DNA of 50,298 nucleotides from an uncultured bacterium (GTDB lineage Bacteria; Hinthialibacterota; Hinthialibacteria; OLB16). A program made the translations under genes and the position numbers. Below, piece after piece: positions 7,841 through 16,246 of this stretch (the first letter of the stretch is position 1; each line of letters begins with the position of its first letter). The stretch spans positions 1 to 50,298 of the forward strand of contig CAZORO010000002.1 of assembly GCA_964581845.1 (NCBI GenBank), in the 5' to 3' direction. The notes beneath the pieces were generated by a model. The model worked only from the letters and a program-made list of their open reading frames with translations. It was not told the origin of the DNA and did no database searches.

Positions 7841-10318
7841 TTAATTACGTTTTCCAGCTGAGATCATCTTACTAACAAGGCCGTCCTTGGCCACTGGCCC
7901 GCGCATATCGGTGTTCATCAATGCCGCGGGCGCGCTCCAAAGCATCATGTTCTGGTAATAATCGGTACCGAATTTCGGAGCGCCATCGCCAACCCCCTCA
8001 CCGAAGGTCACAAAGCCTTCTCTACCCTCTTCGGCAGCTTCGGTGAAGGTTGGAGCACCGGAAACCATGTTGGGCATATCCCAACCGGCTCCATATTTGA
8101 TGACGAGGTTCTGCATACAGTCCTCAAGAACCTTCAATCCTGTCTCGCGGTCGTTCTCATACATGTAAGTGAACCCGAGCATCATAATCTCCGGGGGGAA
8201 AATGCCGTAGGTGACCAAGGGAGTCAGATCGGGTTTGGCGAAGCTGACTGCGCCAAAGTGGCAGAGGCAGCTTTTCTTAATGACCCCCAAGGCCCGGTCC
8301 AGACGTTCCTTCCTGTAAATTCCCGGCAGTCCATGGAAATCGTTATTCCATTCTCCATCGAACTGGTTGGACATGATGGTGTCATTTTCCTTTTTGAGAA
8401 CCTCGTGCTTGTAAAGCATGTAGGATCCCACCCCGTCGTTCCACATCTTGTTTTCCATGGAGTTGACCCCCTCCTCGCGCCAAAGGGAGGCTTGAGCCGC
8501 GAACTCCTTGTCACCCACGATCTCCGCCATCCGCGCCGCCATGTCCATGCAGGAAATGCGCAAGGCTCCCGCGTGGGCCGTCATTCCAAACCAATCAAAT
8601 CCCTCCCACCACTCACTACGGACATCATCCGGTATACTGATCACCCGGTCGGGACCAGTACTCATCTCGACTGTGTAGATGGTCGCTTTCTTGACTGCAT
8701 CAAAAAACTCGCTGACCACTGTGGGATCACCAGTACACAGCCACAGCCGGTCAACCAGGTCGACATAACACATGCTATTCAACCCCTTCTGCCAGTTGTG
8801 CGAGGGGGTGATGAATCCGATGTTGTTACAGCAGGGTCCTAGTTCGAACGGGATGGCTCCATCTTCGCGCTGAAAGAGTTTGTATGCGCGCAGGGTAGTC
8901 CGCGCCAGCTGCGGGAAGAAGTAATTGATGGGCATATTCCCGTACCAGGTGCAGGGAATACATTCAATGTGAGAACAGCCGCGCGGGCTCTCGTTCATCG
9001 CGAAATATCCATCGGGATAGCACCAATCCCCCAAGGGATCCTTTGGGGCCAGCCAGAATGTGGTCTCGGGGATCAGGCACAGGTTGTTGATCAGGCAGTC
9101 GCGAAGAAACATGGGCAGTCCTTCATCGGAGTAGATGACCTCTTGCCATTGAAGGATACGCTTCAGCAAGCTTTCATGTTCCTTCACCATCCGGCCGGCA
9201 ACTTCGGCCGCATCCTTGTAGCGCAGGGCATAATAATTGGTATAGACATTCCGGACAGGATCCGCTTTTAGAATTGGCGAATACCAGCTCAAGACGAACC
9301 GGATAGTTTTTTCCTTGCCTGCCTCAAGATCGAAGTTCACCGCGATCGAACTTCCAGAACGCTTTATGTCATGCGCCGGTAAGATTTCAGAGATTTTTGA
9401 CCAGGCGGCTCCATCTCCACTCAGCTCACACCCGGTGCGTACATCTGCCTCTCCGATGGTTCCAAGGAGATAACCGATCTGATAAGGTCCAACAACTGAC
9501 ACACCTTTGAGGGGTTCCTGGATCTCCTTTCGTTCATAGGTCTTGTCCCCAGCCACGAGCTGCGCGGGATTTGGATTACAGACTGGACTTGCCATAATCG
9601 CTTCAGGAGTTATAGGCACACTGTCATGAAGATCCGCGATTGGAGGCAGGCCAGGAAAACTGAAAGCTAATGTGCCCTTTTTTCCATTGGGGCTCTCGTT
9701 GCGCAAATGGACCTCAAAAACAGCTGCGGGTATGTTCGATGCTCCAATATCACCGGGAATGAAGGGCGACCAGGCACGTAACCCGGCCTTGATCGGCGCA
9801 TTTGTCACGTACTCCAGATCCACCACGGGGTAGTGTCCGAAATAATGGATATCCTCGGCTGGTTCCACCCCTTCCAGATGTATCAGATCAGAACTCCATG
9901 CGGCAGCATTTCCGCCGCAGTTGGGTTCAAAGGCTCCCTGTATTCTCCCGCCATCCACGTATTTCCTGGCCGCCAGGACATAAGTCTTTCCATCCACTGC
10001 CATTCCAAGGAAGGGAGTCAGCAACTGCGGGCTGCGCGGTTGCTGATTAAACAGGGTCTCAAAACCCAGGACACCTCCGGCCTCGATATCGAGACAACCC
10101 GTCCCGACTCCTCCCAAGGGAACACCGCAGACGGGGGGACGCTCCGCCTTGAAGATCACTCCACTGACCTTCTGGGAGTAACCCTCACAGCCAAACTGAA
10201 TCCACTTGTCATTTTCAAGTGTCAAAGGGAATAGACTGGATGCTGATGTGTCAGGGCTTGATATCAAAACCACCACCCAAGCTAGACCTGGAATACTCCT
10301 CAGTAGATGCTTCCTCAT
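7841..10318 (-). CDS. GH116-like (GBA2/DUF608-type) beta-glucosidase family protein, secreted; paralog of 4438-6897
   Basis: PLGGVGTGCLDIEAGG motif, and collinear similarity to the other GH116-like protein along the whole length (for example HYFGHYPVVDLEY vs HYWGHYPVADLEF, and ECIPCTWYGN vs ECIPCGFYGN). AGGAGG lies 6 nt upstream of the ATG at 10318; the TTG at 10324 in the ORF track is less likely. Confidence 0.85.
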   Translation of the reverse strand: MRKHLLRSIPGLAWVVVLISSPDTSASSLFPLTLENDKWIQFGCEGYSQKVSGVIFKAERPPVCGVPLGGVGTGCLDIEAGGVLGFETLFNQQPRSPQLLTPFLGMAVDGKTYVLAARKYVDGGRIQGAFEPNCGGNAAAWSSDLIHLEGVEPAEDIHYFGHYPVVDLEYVTNAPIKAGLRAWSPFIPGDIGASNIPAAVFEVHLRNESPNGKKGTLAFSFPGLPPIADLHDSVPITPEAIMASPVCNPNPAQLVAGDKTYERKEIQEPLKGVSVVGPYQIGYLLGTIGEADVRTGCELSGDGAAWSKISEILPAHDIKRSGSSIAVNFDLEAGKEKTIRFVLSWYSPILKADPVRNVYTNYYALRYKDAAEVAGRMVKEHESLLKRILQWQEVIYSDEGLPMFLRDCLINNLCLIPETTFWLAPKDPLGDWCYPDGYFAMNESPRGCSHIECIPCTWYGNMPINYFFPQLARTTLRAYKLFQREDGAIPFELGPCCNNIGFITPSHNWQKGLNSMCYVDLVDRLWLCTGDPTVVSEFFDAVKKATIYTVEMSTGPDRVISIPDDVRSEWWEGFDWFGMTAHAGALRISCMDMAARMAEIVGDKEFAAQASLWREEGVNSMENKMWNDGVGSYMLYKHEVLKKENDTIMSNQFDGEWNNDFHGLPGIYRKERLDRALGVIKKSCLCHFGAVSFAKPDLTPLVTYGIFPPEIMMLGFTYMYENDRETGLKVLEDCMQNLVIKYGAGWDMPNMVSGAPTFTEAAEEGREGFVTFGEGVGDGAPKFGTDYYQNMMLWSAPAALMNTDMRGPVAKDGLVSKMISAGKRN

Positions 10319-11080
10319 GATCAACCTCCTTCACGAAACCAGAGAACTTTTTATAGGTCAGGTTACCCCTGGCCAGTGGGGCCATCACAATCTCAGTCCC
10401 TAATCGTTTCCTTGGAAACCGGCTGGCTTCCCATCCCACGAGATCATGTCAACCCAGGATTAGGGTATAAAAAAGCAAATCCATTCAGATTCAGTATTGT
10501 GTATAATGCATAATATACGTCACGAGGTCAACCATCCTGATCTTCCTATCAAAAGATAAAGCGAATCCTTAATGATTTGCGGTAGCACTGCCGGAAACCT
10601 CCACTTCTTCTGTCATTCCGATCATTTCAATAATAAAAACATTAACTGGCGGAGAGAGTAGTTACCTGTGTTTGGTGGTGGATTTTGGAGAGTAATCAAC
10701 TCCTCATTAATCCGCTTTCCAAAGCGGTAAATGGAGGTCAACGATTTTCCCGCTTTCATCCGGCATCTGGTGATAGAAACGAGAGGTATTTGCGATGTAT
10801 GACTTCAGATCACGAATCTGGAGTTGTTCCATAGGAAGACTGGCCTACCGATGGCGCAAGAACGAAATACGTACATGAATGCAAGGGAGACTATGATATC
10901 TTCTTCCTAATGATGTAAACACTCCCCCTTCAAGAAGATCAAAAGAAACGGAATACTAGCAGCCTGTTGGAAAAAATGTCGGTGTCACAGTGGATTCCCG
11001 CCTTTGCCGGAATGATGATTTAGGAAAGATGATGCCCATTTGGTTATTCCCGCGAAGGGAATTCAATAGGAGGAATTGCG

Positions 11081-12382
11081 ATGGGAAAGGGAAATCGTAT
11101 ACGCCTTGGTCTGTTCGGAGTTGGGGCAAGCCTTGCTCATTCAGCTCGTGGCTATGGCCTGGCTCGCAAATTGGAGTCGATCTCGGGGCTTCAGCTTGTG
11201 GCGGTCTGCGATTGTGTGAAAGAAAAAGTTGAGGCTGCGGGTAGTGAATTTAATGTGCCGGGGTACACGGATTTTGATCGGTTTCTTGAGCATGAGATGG
11301 ATGCCGTGCTTCTCGCTAACTTCTTTCATGAACATGCCAGTTATGCTGTAAAGGCATTGGATGCGGGTAAACATGTTTTGTCGGAAACCACCGCTTGTTT
11401 TACTGGAGCGGAGGCTGTGGCCTTGGTTGAGGCGGTCGAACTGAACGGAAAAACTTATATGTTGGCCGAGAATTATGCTTATTTTGCATACAATCAAGAA
11501 ATGCGCCGCCTGTACCGGTCTGGAACAATGGGTGAGCTGAGATATGCTGAGGGTGAGTATGTTCACCCGATGCCATCCTCTTTTTATAATAGCATTTCTC
11601 CCGGCACCGGACACTGGCGTAACTGGCTCCCCATGACTTATTACTGCACTCATTCCCTCGCGCCTCTACTTTATATTACGGAAACTAATCCAGTCAGCGT
11701 TAATGCGTTGATCCATCCTTATGACTTTGAGGATATCGAACATTTTGGACGAACAGGCCGCCGTAATGATCTCGCCTCTGTCATCCTGGTGACTATGGGA
11801 AATGGTTCGATTGTCAAGCTTCTCTGGGGTCAGCTTCGTGGCCTGGGGGCTTGGGTTTCTTTACGCTGTACACGTGGATTGATGGAGAACCTTCGTACGG
11901 GTGAGCCACGCATGTTGCGTATCAAACGGGAACCCTTCGACCGCCTTAAAGGGGAGCCCCTTGAGAAGATTTATCTGCCAGAGTTTCCCAGTCCCTATGA
12001 TAAATTGGGGTTGGATGCCTACGAGGGAGCCAATCTCTGCATGTTCCACGATTTTGTAAAGGCCATCCGGAGCCAGAAACCGTCTGTATTCGATGTGTAC
12101 CGATCAGCCGCGATGTCCATGGTGGGAATCCAGGCTTACCGATCCGCTCTGGCCTCTGGTTCACCCATGGAAATCCCTGACCTACGATCCGAATCTGGGC
12201 GTAGGCGCTTTGCGAATGATCATTGGTCTCCTGACCCAGCAAAACACAAGAAGGGACAACCCTGGCCAAGTATTCTTGGAAACATTGAACCTTCCGCCTT
12301 TGCACTGGAAGCGGCGAGGGCGGATTGGGCACGGATAGGTTACCGGGAGAAAGCCGTATCACCGAAACGGGGAAGGATATGA
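11081..12382 (+). CDS. Gfo/Idh/MocA-family oxidoreductase-like protein with a non-canonical EKP motif
   Basis: N-terminal Rossmann start IRLGLFGVGAS...LVAVCD. AGKHVLSETT stands where the family normally has AGKHVxCEKP. AGGAGG lies 7 nt upstream of the ATG. Confidence 0.85.
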   Translation: MGKGNRIRLGLFGVGASLAHSARGYGLARKLESISGLQLVAVCDCVKEKVEAAGSEFNVPGYTDFDRFLEHEMDAVLLANFFHEHASYAVKALDAGKHVLSETTACFTGAEAVALVEAVELNGKTYMLAENYAYFAYNQEMRRLYRSGTMGELRYAEGEYVHPMPSSFYNSISPGTGHWRNWLPMTYYCTHSLAPLLYITETNPVSVNALIHPYDFEDIEHFGRTGRRNDLASVILVTMGNGSIVKLLWGQLRGLGAWVSLRCTRGLMENLRTGEPRMLRIKREPFDRLKGEPLEKIYLPEFPSPYDKLGLDAYEGANLCMFHDFVKAIRSQKPSVFDVYRSAAMSMVGIQAYRSALASGSPMEIPDLRSESGRRRFANDHWSPDPAKHKKGQPWPSILGNIEPSAFALEAARADWARIGYREKAVSPKRGRI

Positions 12383-12491
12383 CCAAAGACTAAAATGAAT
12401 CCCCAATCGACCCGCATGAATTATGATAGGTATTGCATATCAGGGCATTTTTTGAGGATTGAGTACAATTACTGGACAGGAGTGTCATCTG

Positions 12492-15059
12492 ATGACAGAG
12501 AAAATCGAAAATCCTTTTGTTCAACTCCGGGTGCATGAGGAGGGCACCTGCGGGATACGGGTGGATCCAAATGGAGAATCCAATTACCGTTGGATAGGAA
12601 TCAACCGTATCCAGCCACTTGGGATCCTCTCACAGGGCGGGGCGCGATGCACTCGAATCGATCCAAACAAGCTTCGAGTTGATGGTGTCTCATGCAGGCT
12701 GGAAGTCCCAAGGTTTCATGGAACAGACCTTCCGATCTACGAGGGTGTTCCGATATATGGTTGGCCAGACAAAGCCTGGAAGATTCCCGCCGGAACAAGG
12801 TTTGCCCAGACTTTCACAGCGGAACACACCTTCGTGCGTGCAGGTGTGTACATTTATGCCGCTGGCAGCCCACGGGATTGCAGGTACCGCGTGACATTAC
12901 GCAAGGAAGGACCCTCCGGGAAAATTCTGTCATCTATTGTCGAAAGCGGAGATAAAGCGTTTGGTTATCCAACCATCTGGAGCTTCATGGAAACTGAACC
13001 TCTCGAGGAGGGTATTTACTGTCTTGAGGTTTCTGAGACGGAGGGTGATATCCGTTGGTGGGGAACTGTTTCAAGGACATATTCCGGAGGTTGTGCCTTC
13101 ATCGATGGCGTGCCTGATGAGGATCGTGATTTCATCTTCCTGTATGGATATACGGACTCGGCCGTCGTGCCCTGTTCGTGGGAAATGACTATTCATGATT
13201 CGCAGATACTCCTGTCAATTCCTGAAATCCCCTCAAGGACCTCAGAAGGTGTGGTTCCAGAGCTGGGATTTGAGGTCCTCACTCCATGGCGCCGGGAAGG
13301 GTATGATATCTCGGATCTAGAAACAGCGCCTTTTTCAGCATTTCTGACAGACCGCTGGCAGTATGTTCCCATCGAGCAGTTCAAACGGTTTCATGTCGCC
13401 TGGCCATCCTACCAGAATCCCACAAGCCGGCCGGCCTTCGAATCATCGTCGTGGCTCCATGCGGTAGGCCGGATGGGTGTTGATCTTTCCTTCTCAGGTT
13501 ATCGCATGACAACACCCTGGCGGCTTTCGGAGAATACGATGCACCTGTCCTTTGTTGGTGAAACATTGCGCATGGAGATGAGACCATCCAAATCCTCTCT
13601 GCCCATCCAACTCCCCTCCTTCAAAAGCTCGGATACTGAATTTGTTGAACAGCAAAACCGGTTCTTCCGTGAACGTTCTCTTGGCCTGGGAGATGGTGGA
13701 GCGGGCGGTGAGTGGATACGCTGGATTGCTCCACAAAGCTGTTGGATAGGTCCACCCAGAAGTGAACGCCTTCGTAAAGGGATTCTCGAACAGAAGGTCG
13801 ATGCGGATGGGTATGTCTGGGTCATGCGGTATGATGGGGGATATCCGCATGGGTTGCGTTACGGAATGCCCCCGCGTGCACGCCGGCACTATGGAGCTAA
13901 TCCAGCGTTGATCATTGGGACCTATCTTTATTTCTGCTGGACTCGAGATCAAGAATTCTTGCGGGAGATGATGCCCAAGCTGCGCAAGGCTTACCAGTTC
14001 CTGAGAAACTCCGAGGATGTGGTCTGGAGGGATGACCTTTTTGTCATCGTTGAGCCTCACCATGATGGAACAGGAAAGGGGATGCCCTCGACCGATCTCG
14101 ACTGCCTTCCCTTTGGCTACAAATGTGCATTGACCAATGCCCATATTTATGAAGCGCTGGATTGTCTGGCGGAGTTGGAGACCTTCTGTCAAGAAGACCT
14201 AAATGCGGAAGAGATTCTGGAATGCCGTTCGCTGCTTCGCCGGTCTTATAACTCCCATTTCTGGGATGAAACCAAAGGCCGGTACATTGGCTGCATTGAT
14301 GTCCATGGAGAACGGCATGACTATGGTTTTGTGCTGCTGAACCTGATCGCCATGCAGGCCGGACTTGCGGATGGCGAGCAAGTCAGGAGAATCTATCAGT
14401 GGATGGAAGAGGAACCCACCGCGATGGGAGTTCCCGATACCTACTATTTCAAAATCGCCCCACGGGCAAACACCCAAGATATTCGTAACTGGTGGTATCT
14501 GGAGGGTGACAAGGAATGGCCAGGAGACATTTCCTTTGGCCTTGGTTTCCAGAATGGGGGGGCTTTCCTGTTCTCATCCTATTTCGACCTTCTTGCCCGC
14601 CTACGGTTCCTTGGCGCTGAGAATGCTTTCAAACGTTACCAAGAGATAATCGGCCGTTATACATTACCAGACCGTCTCTGTGGAGGAAATCCATTTTACC
14701 TGGGTGAGATTGATGGTTACCAGATTGGAGCTTCTGTTGTTTTCCCGGAGGCAGGATTAGTTCCTTGTGTTGTACTCCAGGGTTTTTTAGGCGTGGAGGC
14801 TGGTATTACAGGTCTGCGTATCTGTCCGCAACTACCAGAGTGTCTCCCTGATATCGGGCTTACCAATATTGTCTACTGTGGAAATAAATTTGAGGTGGAT
14901 GCCAAAAAAACGAAAACAGGATATCAAGTCTCTCTTTGGCTTTCCGAGGAAAATCCGAACAGTCCACTTCAGTTTAAGGGGAATAGAATTGGGGTTACAA
15001 AGACTCCCCTTACCGTTTCATTGAAGGCGGGCGAAACGCTGCATCTCTCGGTGGCATGA
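12492..15059 (+). CDS. Large hypothetical protein; the C-terminal half resembles a six-hairpin (alpha/alpha)6 glycoside-hydrolase fold
   Basis: Long uninterrupted ORF. AGGAG lies about 10 nt upstream of the ATG at 12492 (the ORF track starts at the TTG at 12459). The segment YGANPALIIGTYLYFCWTRDQEFLREMMPKLRKAYQFL and later aromatic-rich helices resemble rhamnosidase or debranching-type toroids. I saw no signal peptide. Confidence 0.6.
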   Translation: MTEKIENPFVQLRVHEEGTCGIRVDPNGESNYRWIGINRIQPLGILSQGGARCTRIDPNKLRVDGVSCRLEVPRFHGTDLPIYEGVPIYGWPDKAWKIPAGTRFAQTFTAEHTFVRAGVYIYAAGSPRDCRYRVTLRKEGPSGKILSSIVESGDKAFGYPTIWSFMETEPLEEGIYCLEVSETEGDIRWWGTVSRTYSGGCAFIDGVPDEDRDFIFLYGYTDSAVVPCSWEMTIHDSQILLSIPEIPSRTSEGVVPELGFEVLTPWRREGYDISDLETAPFSAFLTDRWQYVPIEQFKRFHVAWPSYQNPTSRPAFESSSWLHAVGRMGVDLSFSGYRMTTPWRLSENTMHLSFVGETLRMEMRPSKSSLPIQLPSFKSSDTEFVEQQNRFFRERSLGLGDGGAGGEWIRWIAPQSCWIGPPRSERLRKGILEQKVDADGYVWVMRYDGGYPHGLRYGMPPRARRHYGANPALIIGTYLYFCWTRDQEFLREMMPKLRKAYQFLRNSEDVVWRDDLFVIVEPHHDGTGKGMPSTDLDCLPFGYKCALTNAHIYEALDCLAELETFCQEDLNAEEILECRSLLRRSYNSHFWDETKGRYIGCIDVHGERHDYGFVLLNLIAMQAGLADGEQVRRIYQWMEEEPTAMGVPDTYYFKIAPRANTQDIRNWWYLEGDKEWPGDISFGLGFQNGGAFLFSSYFDLLARLRFLGAENAFKRYQEIIGRYTLPDRLCGGNPFYLGEIDGYQIGASVVFPEAGLVPCVVLQGFLGVEAGITGLRICPQLPECLPDIGLTNIVYCGNKFEVDAKKTKTGYQVSLWLSEENPNSPLQFKGNRIGVTKTPLTVSLKAGETLHLSVA

Positions 15060-15069
15060 TGGGGTAAGG

Positions 15070-16152
15070 TCACTTTTTGAAAAGTCTCAGGAAGAGCCTC
15101 TCCACTCCGGTACGGGCCCAGCAGTTCTCCATCTCAAGAGATAACTGTGCCTTTCCAAGATTCCTGGAAAGAGCATCGGCCAAGGATTGAGGAGCATTTT
15201 CAAGGTCTATTAGGGTGCTTACTCTTGCGTGGACATCAGACCAGGTGCCTGTTAGGGTCTGATTTCCAAGTTCAACAACCACCAGGGAGGCGGGACGGCC
15301 ATTCACTGGGAGTAAGGTTGAGGACTGCCATTTGGGGATCTCTAGGTGAATCCGGTGTAATTTCTCTTCCCGAGAGATGACAGCTAAAACTTCCATTTGG
15401 TCTATCTGGACCGTGCTGGTCATGCTGGCTACAGATATATGAGATTCGAGTGAGTGGAGCTTGTCCAGCGGAATCAGGGCATCCGCCTCCACATGGACAT
15501 GATCAATTTTCCCGGAGATCATGGCTGGTTCAAACTCAGGTATGCGTACCTCAAGGAAATCTCCTTGGGCAATGGTTACTCGGCCCTTGGGTGTGAAGCT
15601 TACCTCCATGGTGGCCGATTTCAGTGCCGCTATCTCGAAAAGAGAGTCTCCCTTCATATAAGACCGTGGTGTGTTTGTTGGAACCATTTGAGCGGTGGAG
15701 GAAAGGAACCAGCCATCCGCCGGTGAATGAAGGATTTCAGTGGGAGTATCAGCCGGGATGCGGGCGAGCAGCGTCGAGACTTCCGATTTGAGTTTCACTA
15801 TTGATTTCCCGGTGCTGAAGGGAATTTCAGCCATGGCCTTATTGAGATATTCACGAAGGGTCCAGTAAGCGATAGAGGTGGGTTGAGTGATGACATCGGC
15901 CAAGGCATCTCCCTCTTTAACCATGGAGCCTGATTGTTGATGGAACTTGAGGACAACCGTGTGACTACGAGCGATCATTCGTGAGGATTGAGGGACGATG
16001 CGGCATTTGGCGGAGACATACATGTCTGTCTTGACAAACCATGTGAATCCGGTGGCCAGAAAGATGCCAGCGCAGAAAAGATAACCAGCGCCCAGGATAA
16101 TCATCGGTGCGCGCTTAGCGAGATATTGGTTCCAACTTGTCATTGCCACCAT
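15070..16152 (-). CDS. HlyD-like membrane-fusion/periplasmic adaptor protein (short-hairpin variant)
   Basis: AAGGAG lies 6 nt upstream of the ATG. There is an N-terminal transmembrane helix (APMIILGAGYLFCAGIFLATGFTWFV). The split lipoyl-like halves are RIVPQSSRMIARSHTVVLKFHQQSGSMVKEGDALADV and ILHSPADGWFLS...MKGDSLFEIA. It is the last gene of the ABC operon. Confidence 0.65.
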   Translation of the reverse strand: MVAMTSWNQYLAKRAPMIILGAGYLFCAGIFLATGFTWFVKTDMYVSAKCRIVPQSSRMIARSHTVVLKFHQQSGSMVKEGDALADVITQPTSIAYWTLREYLNKAMAEIPFSTGKSIVKLKSEVSTLLARIPADTPTEILHSPADGWFLSSTAQMVPTNTPRSYMKGDSLFEIAALKSATMEVSFTPKGRVTIAQGDFLEVRIPEFEPAMISGKIDHVHVEADALIPLDKLHSLESHISVASMTSTVQIDQMEVLAVISREEKLHRIHLEIPKWQSSTLLPVNGRPASLVVVELGNQTLTGTWSDVHARVSTLIDLENAPQSLADALSRNLGKAQLSLEMENCWARTGVERLFLRLFKK

Positions 16153-16246
16153 CTTCGCTCCTTGTGGACCTCCTCCTCATAACACTACAGGATGTATTTC
16201 TTTATCCTTTCACCAGTTGCTACTTCAGCTCCCTGCATGGAGTGCC

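Noticed and set aside
8258-8842. 194-aa plus-strand ORF inside the second GH116-like gene (similar cases: 9833-10234, 23797-24285, 24511-25059, 11141-11653)
   Set aside because: These are antisense shadow ORFs within confidently assigned long genes.
10731-10878. Very short ORFs in the 10.3-11.1 kb gap (23 and 27 codons on plus, 41 codons on minus from 10832)
   Set aside because: None has an SD; the minus-strand one is preceded by CTTCCT. There is no recognisable motif, and none can be distinguished from chance.
13494-14192. 232-aa minus-strand ORF (also 13499-13825)
   Set aside because: It is embedded antisense in the long 12492-15059 ORF and has no ribosome-binding site or recognisable motif.
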